The notes under the pieces: model-generated
Databases searched by the model: none
Seen by the model: only the letters and a program-made list of their open reading frames with translations
Told to the model about the DNA's origin: nothing
Made by a program: the position numbers and the translations under genes
From: Leucoraja erinacea
Taxonomy: Eukaryota
NCBI RefSeq assembly: GCF_028641065.1
Contig: NC_073381.1
Coordinates: 54,622,001-54,686,000 of the forward strand
DNA: 64,000 bases
Reading direction: 5' to 3'
Shown here: piece by piece, positions 24,608 through 37,301 of the stretch
Layout: each line of letters begins with the position of its first letter
How positions within the stretch are numbered: the stretch's first letter is position 1

Positions 24608-24900
24608 GATTTAGTTTAGTTTATTGTTGTCACATGTACCGAGGTACAGTGAAAAGCTTTTTTGTAGTGTGTCAGGGAAAAGACTATACATGATTACAGG
24701 ATAAAGGGAATAACGTTTAGTCCAGTGAAGTCCAATTATAGATAATCCGAGGGACTTCAGTGAGGTGGATGGGAGGTCAGGACCGCTCTCTAGTTAAAGA
24801 TCGGATGGTTCAGTTGATAACAGCTGGGAAAGAACTGCCCCTGAATCTGGAGGTATGCTTTTTCACACTTCTGTACCTCTTACCTGATGGGTGTGAAGAG
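24608..24900 (-). mobile_element. Rex1/Babar-like LINE 3' end fragment
   Basis: (TTTAG)n tail on +, followed by TTTATTGTTGTCACATGTACCGAGGTACAGTGAAAAGC and CTTCTGTACCTCTTACCTGATGG (reverse of PSG.RYRS). Confidence 0.6.
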
Positions 24901-25551
24901 ATGAGGGAGTGACCGAACAAGAATAAAGGGAGAAGTGGGGGGATTGATAATAAAGTTGGATATCATGATATTCCAGCCCTGGAATTGTTGGGAATGTGAA
25001 ATTAAAAAAATGCTCAAAATGTCCATCAGGCCAGGCAGCATCTGTGCGGGGCAATAATTTTGAGAAAGTATTACTGTTTGATGACTCTTCATCACATCTG
25101 GTCAAACTGGATTATCTGAATTCAGTGATGAGTCCTGGCCTCTACAATGTGTCATATTTGAGGGTCATATGTTTTTCCCTGAGGTGCCGCAGGACTACAA
25201 TGGAACATTGCAAGAGCCCAAATGTGGCGATCAGTCTGGGATAGAGAGAACTGGTATCCTCAGGTCACCCTTATGGTTTAACAGGAGTTCGACTAAGTTG
25301 TCACCCAATTTGCTTTTGGTTTCCCAGTGTAGAGGAGACCACATTTTGCTGACAGATGTTTTAAACATTTTGAATCCAGAAATACAATTCCTAATTTAAA
25401 CAATATTTCTATTGATCCAAATACTTGGGTTTTAACTCTTCTGAGTCCTGTTGCCTGTCTTTTAAATAACAACCATCAATTACATGAATGTTAGTTAATA
25501 GTAGAAGTTGAAGATGAATATTAATTGCTTTCATTTTTTTTCCTGATATAG

Positions 25552-25845
25552 AGCCACCCATGCCAATTGCACCGCCCCAGCTCATTGGCTTTGGCCCAAC
25601 GTACCTGCTAATCCAACTTAATGCAAACTCAATCATTGGCAATGGTCCCATCATTCTGAAAGAAGTGGAATATTCCATGACCAGTGGATCTTGGACAGAA
25701 ATCCATGCTGTAAATGCAGCAAATTACAAGCTCTGGCACTTGGATCCAGACACGGAATATGAAATCAAAGTCTTGCTGACACGGCCAGGTGAAGGAGGAA
25801 CAGGGCTACCGGGTCCCTCACTCATCACCAGAACCAAATGTGCAG
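25552..25845 (+). CDS. PTPRK: Internal coding exon (294 nt, phase 1-1) of a receptor-type tyrosine-protein phosphatase, kappa-like; first fibronectin type III domain
   Basis: Polypyrimidine tract then ATAG|AG acceptor; GCAG|GTCAGT donor. Translation (E)[97 protein letters not shown]. From memory, [22 protein letters not shown] and LITRTK fit PTPRK better than PTPRM/T/U. Confidence 0.92.
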
Positions 25846-26629
25846 GTCAGTGCAATGCAATTTCTAGCCACATAACATTAATCCCACGGTGTTTCTTTTG
25901 AAATTAGTGGCAGGACTGAAGAGTCCAATTCACAATTAAGGTCAATGCTGAAATTGTTATGAATATTTATACTGACCCGCTAAGTTACTCCAGCTTTTTG
26001 TGTCCATCTGATAAATTGATAGTTCCACTTAATCATGTTCATTTAATCGTGCCACTCACCAACTTGAGGAATAAACATCTGGTTAAGAAAACACGAAAAG
26101 AGCAGTTAAGTAATTTGGGGATATGCAAACAGGTAAGTTAACAATGCTTTGTATTGATGCAGCAAAAGGTTCTCTTCATGTCTGTGCATATTGATTGCTT
26201 TATTAACTGCACTGAAAACCTTTGACTTCAGCTCTTCTCACCACAGCTAAGCATTCAGTGGTAAAGTTACATTCATTTACATAAATAAGATTCCAGACCC
26301 TCACCCTTCCCTAAATCTGGCACCGTTTATTTGCTCCTTTTCACAGTGATCAGTACTCAATATTCTTACTAAATTGATTTATTGGTTTATATTGCTTCAC
26401 TGGTATTTCATTTAAAGAGTCTAATGCCTTTCACCTCTATTATCTGATTGTTATTTTATTATTAATGCAGTTGCTTTCATTCCTTTTAAATACACAGTTT
26501 TCATCCCCCCCCCCCCCCCCTCACCTCTACAATAAACATACTCTTCCAATTAGTTACTTCCTTGAATGTCAGAAAAATGATCTCCACACCTCCATTCACC
26601 TTTCCTCTTTCCTGCACGAAGCTCTGTTA

Positions 26630-26790
26630 AGGGCCTGTCCCTCTTTATGCGATTTTTTCAGTGACTTGCTGGCACCCGTCATAGGTCGCCGGAAATTTTG
26701 TGGGGTGACGCCTAATTGGTCGTGAGTAGTCGCCCAAAGAGTCGTACCTTTTTCTGATCGCTGAAAAAAATCGCATGTGGGACAGGCCCT
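26630..26790. mobile_element. Harbinger-family MITE (161 bp)
   Basis: TTA|AGGGCCTGTCCC...GGGACAGGCCCT|TTA. Confidence 0.85.
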
Positions 26791-28542
26791 TTAAATCCAT
26801 ATTTGGAGTCTTCAAGTCTTCAAGCTTTGATGCTTTAATTCTGAGCCTTTGTTTTTCAGCTTTATTTATTAAAAAAACTTGAAGCAGCAATGCTTTCATT
26901 TCCCTGAATAAAGAGGAATATTTACCTCCATTTGAAATGTTGTTGATCCAAATAGTGTGTCGTCATAATTTTAATTTCATTCTTCAGCCTTCATAATTTT
27001 GTTGAGAAATTCAATTATTGACATTATTCCTATAACAAAATGTCATGTTGAGCAAACATGTCTTTTATCCCTGCTTCACCTCTGTCAAAATACCCGTAGT
27101 TATGGTGTGAACTATTGGATAATTTGTTGTTTAGTCTTGGCTCTGAGGGGGTCGTGGAATATAGAAAGGTAACACCACAGGAGCAGCTCCTTATGCCTGC
27201 AATGTCTGAGTTGTTCATAATGTTAAGATATGCTAATATCATCTGCCTGCATAAGATCCACATCCCTCCACTCTCTGCATATCCATGTGCCCAGCAAAAG
27301 CCTCTTAAGCACCACTATCGTATTTGCCACCACCACCACCCCTGGCAGCACATTCTGAGTGCCCCATAAATCTCCTTTAAAATTTGCCCCTTACACTTGA
27401 CTACATTTGTTAATTAAATCAAGTGCTCTCTCCCTGTGATAAACATGGAATCTTGTTTTGAGATTAATTGCTGATTATTTTCAAAAATATATATTTTTAA
27501 AGTGTTTCATTTCCTGCAATTTTTTTTTTGTTTTAAACCTTCTTACTTCAAAAGTCATGGTATATTGTTGAGCTTTACGATTGGGGCGTGGGTTTAGAGC
27601 GCAAATTTGGATTTGGAATGCTGCAAAGATTTTAACCAATACCTTGTTGTTGCCTGCCCTAATTGAAGTACTTTGATTGAACGTGATTCTGACTACGACC
27701 AATACAGTATGTGGTTTTAATTTATCTGTGAAGTGTTGTTTATTTGCTCATTTGTCAGCGACAGAAGATCTAATTTTACATTCCGTTGTTGTATAAAGTC
27801 TGCACAGAATTAATTTGCTGAAAGGTAACCTGGCTACAACACAACAACATTGTTCAGATGAATAAAGTCTTCTCAGCTCCCCATTGCCATCCCTTAGGTC
27901 CTCTAATTCTTCCTGTGTCTGACATAACTGCACGTTCAGGGACTGCAAATCCACTCACTGTTTTACAGGCTATTCCTGCCATTCATTTGTAGCTTTTTTT
28001 GATATCATATATTTGTCATTATTTAGTATTTAATTCTTCCTAGCTAGGCGTAATATATTCCAGTTTGCCTTATATTTGAAAGGTTATGAACATTGCTGTT
28101 CAAGGCCTGCTAAAATGTTAATGTTCTTTTCACCCAACTCCATCTCCCTGCCCACCTGGTTGTTTAAGCTGTGTGGAACTTCTCTTTTCTCCTTGACCCC
28201 CAGTTGATGTATCACAATTATCCCAGCTGCACAATATTGCTAGGTCTCCCTTCTTTGTTTTATCTTCTACTGCTGAATTATCTGTAGACATCGACCATTA
28301 ATGACCTCCAAATCATAGAGCATTGCAATAGGCCATCCAGGTCGTTATGTTCATGCCAGCCATCATCTACTCATCTATACGTATTCGAGTGTTCACCCCA
28401 TAGCCTGCAATGCCATAGCATTTTATCTTAATGCTACATTAATATATGAACGTACCTGCCTCCACCACCTCCTTTAGCAACAGGTTTCAACCATACCTTG
28501 CACAAATAAAATTATTGTTCAAAACCCCCTGAAGCTTCCTAA

Positions 28543-28765
28543 TGGGCCTGTCCCACTTTGGCGATTGCCGGTGTCTGTCGTGTTGCCGGCAGTCGCCGGA
28601 AAAACCGGCAACTGGAACAAAAATTTAACGGTGACCATAATGAGGCCGCGACTAGGTCCCAGAATGCGGGAACTCCTCACGACTATGAAGGCGACTCCCC
28701 GGCAACCACCCGCGAACATGTGGCGACTGCATAGTCACCTAAGTCGCCTAAGTGGGACAGGCCCA
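28543..28765. mobile_element. Harbinger-family MITE (223 bp)
   Basis: TAA|TGGGCCTGTCCCACTT...AAGTGGGACAGGCCCA|TAA: perfect 16-bp TIR and 3-bp TSD. Confidence 0.9.
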
Positions 28766-29519
28766 TAACTCTTACTGTAAACCTAAGAGATTCTCCACAA
28801 CACTTTCCTGTTCAGATTAATTTGGCCCATGTACCATAGATGCAAACAAAGAATGGCTGTCAGTAATTATTTATTTAGTTGTTTTTTTACCATTTTCATC
28901 ATAAGTCTACAGATTGTTTGGGATATTAGATTAAAAGAAGTCAACATGAAAATGGACCAGACAGATATGCTTTTAAAAAGATGACGCAGAAGGACAGAGA
29001 TATCAAAGTTTAATTTTATTGAGGAAAGTGATAGTCATAGTAGATTCGAGTAATCATGTAATTAGGTAATTAAATAAAAAATGCCCATTGGAATCCAATT
29101 TTGTCTTGCTACAGTTCCTTAAAATCTTGGTAAGTATAATATTTGCTGATAACAGATTATAAATGCTGCCTTGAAAAGGTTTAAAATAACTACCTATCAA
29201 TTCAGTAAACTGCATGATTCCTCATTACAACCATGGTACAATATATTTCAGACATACTGTGATATTGAATTTGCCTTTGGAAAAACAAATTGCTTCAATA
29301 CAAGGAAGGCTATTTCAAGCAAATTATCTGTTCATGTAATTTTAAGATAAATATAACATAGCGTTTCCAGACCTATACCATTTTGAATATAGTCACGATT
29401 CAACTCAAAAACATCACAATGCTAAAAACTAGTAAGGCCCCTTGCCTTGGAGGGAAGCCCACAAATGTAAGACCCTTTAAGTCTTTAATCTAATTTCACC
29501 CAATAGTTTTCACTGATTG

Positions 29520-29656
29520 TTTAAGAAGGAACTGCAGATGCTGGAAAATCGAAGGTACACAAAAATGCTGGAGAAACTCAGTGGGTGCAGCAGCATCTAT
29601 GGAGTGAAGTAAATAGGCAACGTTTCAGGCCGAAACCCTTCTTCAGACTCATACAA
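29520..29656 (-). mobile_element. Short Penelope-terminus unit with hammerhead-like core, TSD-flanked
   Basis: Minus strand CTGAAGAAGGGTTTCGGCCTGAAACGTT. Flanked by TTTTCACTGATTG at 29507-29519 and 29657-29669. Confidence 0.8.
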
Positions 29657-29715
29657 TTTTCACTGATTGCTTTGTTTTAAAGACACTGGGTTTGTTACTG
29701 ATAAAGTCAGCATTT

Positions 29716-29881
29716 AGAAACATAGAAACATAGAAATTAGGTGCAGGAGTAGGCCATTCGGCCCTTCGAGCCTGCACCGCCATTCAATATGATCATGGCT
29801 GATCATCCAACTCAGTATCCCGTACCTGCCTTCTCTCCATACCCCCTGATCCCCTTGGCCACAAGGGCCACATCTAACTCC
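29716..29881 (-). mobile_element. CR1 3' end, near-identical to 12994-13161
   Basis: Same sequence as the 3' end of the 12992-14554 element; I see two substitutions. Confidence 0.9.
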
Positions 29882-30674
29882 AAAACACATTTAACAGCAC
29901 TCCATTCAAATCAGTGGCTTACCACAGCATTTCAGATGTGAGTTAATGCAAACACATTGATGACCATCACTGGTATTTATTCCTCTCCAAAATTACTTAT
30001 TTACTTGAAATAAAACTGAAAGTTTCAAACAATTGTCTCCGAATCTGCAATTCAAATGTTTGGATTCTAGTACAGTAATGTAACCCCAACACTACTTCTC
30101 TACAGTGGGAAAAGATACAGTGGTTAGCAGTAAGAGCAGATGCAGGAATTATGCAGTGCAACAGATGGTCAGATAAGTACTTCCACCCACCACCTTCCCA
30201 CCCTACCATTTCAATTGCCATCCCCACCTACACTTCAAAATGGTTGTGGCGACTTTGAGGAGGTAAATTTGTTGGGGGGGAGACATTCACAAGAGCAGCT
30301 AGACCCGTTCTGCAAATAAACAGATATCACACTGGAATAGAAGAAAAATAACAGATGCTGAGTTATTTATAGCCAATGAAGAATGTTTAAAACAATGCAC
30401 TGAAGAGAGCTTGGTGCAAAACAGAATTTGGCTGGAGAATTGACTAACTGTGTATCGGTTGGGTAAGGATTGGATGAGAGGAAAGGTTTTCTTGGAGCAG
30501 AGAAGACTTGGTGGAAGTATGGGGGGGGGGGGGGGGGGGGGGGGGGATCAAATGTATGTTTGATCAAAATAAGAACCTTTAGGATTGGGGAAATATGTTA
30601 GCATGGTCAAAAATCAGAATGAATCGGGCATTACCAGAAGACAGGCTACTAACTAGCTGGATGCCATGACATAT

Positions 30675-30990
30675 GTAAATCTTCAAAAAACTCAATCAGA
30701 TTCGTGAGACATGATCTCCCAAGTAACAAAACTATGCTGACTGTCCCTAATCATTCCTTCTCCATCTAAATAAATGTATACCTTATCCCTCAGAATATTC
30801 TCTAGTAACTCTCTGACCACAGATGTTAGGCTCACTGGCATGTAGTTCCCAGGCTTTTCTCTGAACCCCTTCTTGAATAGTGGCACAACATTTGCTAACC
30901 TCCAATCATCTGGCACCTCCCCCATATTTAATGACGACTTGTAAATCTCAGCCAAGGTGCTTCAATTTCCTCTCTAGTTTCCCACGGTGC
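30675..30990 (-). mobile_element. CR1 RT fragment
   Basis: GEVPDDWRLANVVPLFKKG..PGNYMPVSLTSVV. Confidence 0.85.
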
Positions 30991-31334
30991 GCTCTGTTGT
31001 ATCTGATTAGGAAATGATGAGCATGTGATGGACTGGACTGTGCCTACCACTTTCTGTGTGTTCAGATGCCTAAGGAAGTAAATATGCTAATGCACTTTTT
31101 AATTACTGCATCAGGGTAATGGTATCAACAGTAGTTTTATTGATAGGCACAAGGTTGTGTTCACCCCCTCACTTGCTTAGGTCAATGACCAATTGTTCCA
31201 TCTCATCCTAACTGTATACAAGTTAAGTTGCCTATTGTCCCTCTATGACAATTATATTATGAAAGCTATGTTGGCATTAAATGCTGACATTCCTTGAACA
31301 ACTGGGGCTTTCAAATAATTGAGATATGAACTTA

Positions 31335-31462
31335 AGGGGCAGTCGCACTTACTCGATTTTTTTCGGCGACTTGCCGGCACCTGTCATTTTTCCGGCGACC
31401 TGCTGTGACTATGACGGGTGCCGGCAAGTCGCCGAAAAAATCGAGTAAGTGAGACAGGCCCT
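31335..31462. mobile_element. Harbinger-family hairpin MITE (128 bp)
   Basis: TTA TSDs (31332-31334, 31463-31465). Arms ACTTACTCGATTTTTTTCGGCGACTTGCCGGCACC / GGTGCCGGCAAGTCGCCGAAAAAATCGAGTAAGT are almost fully reverse-complementary. Confidence 0.85.
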
Positions 31463-32844
31463 TTACTTGCCTACACATTTGATCATCAGAAAAATGTTAT
31501 TGGGCAACTAACTATTTGGAGTCCATCCCTTCTCTAAAGAATCAGCCTTGATTGAACGGCGTTGTAGACTTGATGAGCCTAATGGCCTAATTCTGCTCCT
31601 ACACTTATGAACTTATGAAACCTATCGTTAAACCAAATCTAGTGCCATAAAAATCGGGAAAAATTTAAAACTCCATGAAAGGAGAAATTACTCTAAGGAA
31701 TAATTCCATCCTCAGGAAATTCCAACTGTTCATATTGAGGGCAAGAGTATGGAATTATCCCATGACTCCTGCATTCCTTTGAGCTTTTGTTCCTCGGTCT
31801 AAAGTAGTAACAGAGTCCTAACTTATTAAAAAGAAGTAGTGTGGCTTACTGTGGTCCATCAGCAGGGGGTAAAATGGATAAAAATTGTATGAAAGGCAAA
31901 ATTAAAGAGTCAACCCTGACAAATGACCAAGATGAGATAGATGATGTCAGAAAAACTCAAATGAAAGTTTTATTGACCTGGTGCAGATTTATATATAAAA
32001 CACAACTTTGCAGAAAACTTCTGATATAGTTCTTGTTACAGTTGCACTAGTCATACTGTGATCATTGTTTCATACCCAACTTTAGCACAACAGCTGAAAT
32101 ATGATGATCCACAAATGGTGGCTTCAAATGGATCAGTAGTTCTATCTGTACTTTGCTGAATGTTCCACGAGTCACCTGATGAAATGGTGGTGGAACTGTT
32201 CACAATTAAATCACCGTAACTTGTCACTTTGTTTTGTTCCTTGAATTTCTTTATGATTTCAGTGTGATCAATTTCACATGGGTAGTCCAAAGAGAGAAGC
32301 AATAAAGTCACCTGCAGATGATTTTTGGCAAAATCTACAAGTTCACTTGTAGTCAGGTTTTTGGTACCTAGAGTAAAATTACAATCCATCTCACATTCAA
32401 AGTACATATAATATATCCCATTGGGGATTGAAGACCATATTTCTGTTCACAGCATGTACATATTTGCATTTTAAGACAATGTCGCAAAGGGTGTGTGGTA
32501 TCAGTCATTTAATTAGCAGTCAAAGCAATTGTTCTTGCCATGTAGAATGTGCATATTTATGTTTAAACATACTCAAATAAAGAGAGTCCCTTCAAGTCGA
32601 TTATGGAGGCATTGTATAAAACATTTAATTTTTACATCTTAACAATAAAATATGAACAACCCTATCTAGCAAGGTATCAAATGCATGCTAGCTTTTATGA
32701 TTCTACCCACACTAGTCCAAGTGACAGCTATTTATTTCCTGATTATTGTTTCTGGAGCTTTCTAGACCACTAAGATTGATCTCTGTTTGCTGGGTTTATC
32801 ATACTGGTTTATCATAATACAAGTACCCATCTTTTACTAATCCC

Positions 32845-33040
32845 ATTTATCAGCACTTGGTCCTTAGCCCACTGTACCTCGGTGATTCAAGTTCTTGTCC
32901 AGATAATTCTAAACATTGGGAGAATACTATCATCTCCACCACCAGCCCGTTCCAGATTGTAACTGCCCTCTGGATGAAAGAAAATGCCTTCATGAATTTC
33001 TTCACCTTAAATTTATACCCCCTGGTATACGTCATCTACC
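32845..33040 (-). mobile_element. Old CR1 3' fragment
   Basis: TRGYKFKV..FSFIQRAVTIWNGL. Confidence 0.6.
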
Positions 33041-33684
33041 ACATGATATTGCTTATTAATACGGTGAGCCATTTCTGAGCCGGGGCTGATCACCTGGCTT
33101 GACAGAAGTGGTACTGAGAATGGACAGGACCCTGAGATGACAGATTATGGTGGTATTTACAGCTAATGGTCCACAATGCTATTGGTATTGTTTTATTATT
33201 GTCACATATAGAGAGATACAGTGGAGAAATTTGTCTGCTTGCTGCACAGTCAAATCATATCAAATCAGATCATGAGCACAATCAAGCCATACTTAAGTAC
33301 AACAGGTAATGCAAAGAGAAGAATACAACAGTGCATGATATAATGTAACTGCATTGCAGCGTTACAGCTACAGAGAGAGTGGAGATATAAAACGTCTATA
33401 AGGGCTGCAATATGGTAGGTTAGGAGATTGTGACAATAGCCTTAGCTTACGGGAGAATTGTTCCGTAGTCTGAAAAACTGTGGAGAAGAAGCTGGTCATG
33501 ATTCTGATGGTAAATTTGCCAAGCTTTTGAAGTGTCTGCCTGGGGCGAGTGGAATGGAGAAGTGGGGTGACTGAGGTGTGATGTTCAGCTTTGAGCTTCC
33601 AGATCCATAATGATGAGTATCCTTGGTGTAAAATAAGTGCTTTGATTCCAGTGGGGCAATGCAGTAGTCACTTCTCATATTGCT

Positions 33685-33980
33685 TTCATAGAAGATAGTC
33701 AGGGGCAGACTCTTGGGCCCAACTTGTCCATGCTGACTAAATTGCCCACTAGACGCTAATCCCATTTCCCTGTACCTGCCCCAAATCCTCTCAACCTCTC
33801 CTATCTATGTACCTGTCCAAATGTCTTAAAAAATGTTCTTATTGTACTTGCCTCAACCACGTCATATGATGCCTCATTCCATATGTTTCTATGTTTCTAT
33901 ATACCCTTTCTATATACCCACCACTTGTGTGTGGGGAAAAAAACTGAACCTCAGATTTTTCTCTTCCCCTCTCACCTAAA
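33685..33980 (-). mobile_element. Old CR1 3' end fragment
   Basis: GGGCCCAACTTGTCCATGCTGAC and CTATCTATGTACCTGTCCAAATG match the reverse complement of CR1 3' ends. Confidence 0.6.
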
Positions 33981-34261
33981 CGTAGAATGATGAGGAAGTG
34001 ATCAAGCAAGTGTTCTTCTGGATTTTGTCTGCATCGTCAGTGGTGTTACTACAAAGGCACTCTTGATAATGGACATTGATAGTCCCACCTTCCCAAGCTA
34101 CATTCATTGCTTCTTCCAAGAGCTGTACCACAGCATGAAGCACTGATTCATCAGCAGAAGGAGGACAGTAGGTGATAAACAAGAGGTTTCCATACCCAAA
34201 TCTGACCTGACCATCAGACTTCATTGCCTCTGGAGGACTTTAAGAACTATTTCCTCATGGG

Positions 34262-37200
34262 AAATTTGCAAAGGCTACTGGGGAGACTTTAAACTAGAAT
34301 GGTTGGGGCGAGGGACTCAAATAGAGAAAGCTAGTAGACAGAATGGGAGGCAGGAAGCAGAAAAGGGAAGCACTCGGGCACAAGAGGAGAAAGAAAAAAA
34401 GGAAATAAACAGAGAATAAGAGAGGGGGGGTTTCTTAAATGTGCATATTTTAATGCTAGGAGCATTGTAAGAAAGGTGGATGAGCTTAGAGTCTGGATAG
34501 ACACCTGGAAGTATGATGTTGTGGCGATCAGTGAAACATGGTTGCAGGAGGGCTGTGATTGGAAACTAAATATTCCAGGATTTCGTTGCTTCAGGTGTGA
34601 TAGAATTGGAGGGGCAAGAGGTGGAGGTGTTGCATTACTAGTCAGGGAAGATATTACAGCAGTGCTTTGGCAGGATAGATTGGAAGGCTCATCTAGGGAG
34701 ACTATTTGGGTGGAACTGAGAAGTGGGAAAGGGGTAGCAACACTTATAGGGGTGTATTATAGACCGCCAAATGGGGATCGAGAATTGGAAGAGCAAATAT
34801 GTAAGGAGATTGCAGATATTAGTAGTAAGCACAAGGTAGTGATTGTGGGAGATTTCAACTTTCCACACATAGACTGGGAAACACATTCTGTAAATGGGCT
34901 GGATGGTTTGGAGTTTGTAAAATGTGTGCAGGATAGTTTTTTGCAGCAATACATAGAGGTACCTACTAGAGGAGGGGCAGTGTTGGACCTCCTGTTAGGA
35001 AATGAGACGGGACAGGTGGCGGAGGTATGCGTTGGGGAGCACTTCGGGTCCAGTGATCACAATACCATTAGTTTCAATATAATTATGGAGAGGGTGAGAA
35101 CTGAGATTATTGATTGGAGAAAGGCTAACTTTGATGAGATGCAAAATGATTTAAAAGGAGTGAACTGGGACATTTTGTTTTATGGGAAGGATGTAGAAGA
35201 GAAATAGAGACATTTAAAGGGGAAATTTTAAGAGTACAGAATCTTTATGTTCCTGTTCGGTTGAAAGGAAACAGTAAAAAGTGGAAAGAGCCCTGGTTTT
35301 CAAGGGAAATTGGACATCTTGTTCGGAAAAAGAGGGAGATCTACAATAATTATAGGCAGCATGAAGTAAATGAGGTGCTTGAGGAGTATAAGGAATGTAA
35401 AAAGAATCTTAAGAAAGAAATTAGAAAAGCTAAAAGAAGACATGAGGTTGCTTTGGCAAGTAAGGTGAAAGTAAATCCAAAGGGTTTCTACAGCTATATT
35501 AATAGCAAAAGGATAACGAGGGATAAAATTGGTCCATTGGAGAGACAGAGTGGACAGCTATCTGCAGAGCCAAAAGAGATGGGGGAGATATTGAACAATT
35601 TATTTTCGTCGGTATTCACCAAGGAGAAGGATATTGAATTATGTGAGGTAATGGAAACTAGTAGAGTAGCTATGGATACTATGAGTTTCAAAGTAAAAGA
35701 AGTACTGACACTTTTGAAAAATATAAAATTGGATAAGTCTCCAGGTCCTGACAGGATATTCCCTAGGACATTGAGGGAAGTTAGTGTAGAAATAGCCGGG
35801 GCTATGACAGAAATATTTCAAATGTCATTAGAAACGGGAATAGTCCCCGAGGATTGGCGTACTGCGCATGTTGTTCCATTGTTTAAAAAGGGTTCTAAGA
35901 GTAAACCTAGCAATTATAGGCCTGTTAGTTTGACTTCAGTGGTGGGCAAATTAATGGAAAAGATACTGAGAGATAAGATATATAAGCATCTGGATAAACA
36001 GGGTCTGATTAGGAACAGTCAGCATGGATTTGTGCCTGGAAGGTCATGTTTGACTAATCTTCTTGAATTTTTTGAAGAGGTTACTAGGGAAATTGGCGAG
36101 GGTAAAGCAGTGGATGTTGTCTATATGGACTTTTGTAAGGCCTTTGACAAGGTTCCTCATGGAAGGTTGGTTAAGAAGGTTCAACTGTTGGGTATAAATG
36201 CAGGAGTAGCAAGATGGATTCAACAGTGGATGAATGGGAGAAGCCAGAGGGTACTGGTGGATGGTTTTTTGTCGGGTTGGAGGCAGGTGACTAGTGGGGT
36301 GCCTCAGGGATCGGTTTTGGGTCCTTTGTTGTTTGTCATGTACATCAATGATCTGAATGAACGTGTGGTAAATTGGATTAGTAAGTATGCAGATGATACC
36401 AAGATAGGGGGTGTTGTGGATAATGAAGAGGATTTCCAAAGTCTAGAGTGATTTAGGCCATTTGGAAGAATGGGCTGAAAGATGGCAGATGGAGTTTAAT
36501 GCTGATAAATGTGAGGTGCTACACCTTGGCAGGACAAATCAAAATAGGACGTACATGGTAAATGGTAGGGAATTGAAGAATACAGTTGAACAGAGGGATC
36601 TGGGAATAACCATGCATAGTTCCTTGAAGGTGGAATCTCATATAGATAGGGTGGTAAAGAAAGCTTTTGGTATGCTAGCCTTTATAAATCAGAGCATTGA
36701 GTATAGAAGCTGGGATGTAATGTTAAAATTGTACAAGGCATTGGTGAGACCAAATCTGGAGTATGGTGTACAATTTTGGTCGCCCAATTATAGGAAGGAT
36801 GTCAACAAAATAGAGAGAGTACAGAAGAGATTTACTAGAATGTTGCCTGGGTTTGAACAACTAAGTTACAGAGAAAGGTTGAATAAGTTAGGTCTTTATT
36901 CTCTGGAGTGCAGAAGGTTAAGGGGGGACTTGATAGAGGTCTTTAAAATGATGAGAGGGATAGACAGAGTTGATGTGGATCAGCTTTTCCCTTTGAGAAT
37001 AGGGAAGATTCAAACAAGAGGACATGACTTCAGAATTAAGGGACAGGAAGTTTAGGGGTAGCATGAGGGGGAACTTCTTTACTCAGAGAGTGGTAGTGGT
37101 GTGGAATGAGCTTCCAGTGGAAGTGGTGGAGGCAGGTTCGTTGGTATCATTTAAAAATAAATTGGATAGGCATATGGATGAGAAGGGAATGGAGGGTTAT

Positions 37201-37301
37201 GGTATGAGTGCAGGCAGAAGGGAAAAAAGTTGTTCGGCAAGGACTTGTAGGGCCGAGATGGCCTGTTTCCGTGCTGTAATTGTTATATGGTTATATGGTT
37301 A
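34262..37301 (+). mobile_element. CR1 LINE with nearly complete ORF2 (APE endonuclease + RT), few disablements
   Basis: ORF 34476-35207 (ISETWL, GVYYRPP, VGDFNFP, GSSDH), ORF 35261-36451 ([27 protein letters not shown]) and ORF 36462-37055. (TTATATGG)n tail. Confidence 0.95.

Noticed and set aside
25560-25901. 113-aa ORF as a standalone gene
   Set aside because: It is an internal exon. Similarity ends at the GT donor at 25846, and the tail GQCNAISS... is intron read-through.
27748-27954. Coiled-coil-like peptide (QEELEDLRD), possibly a LINE ORF1 remnant
   Set aside because: Too short and degenerate to support a call.
30521-30547. Poly-G run (also poly-C at 26506-26520 and small tandem duplications at ~24560, ~60705, ~62321)
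   Set aside because: Simple slippage repeats with no further structure; homopolymer lengths may be unreliable.
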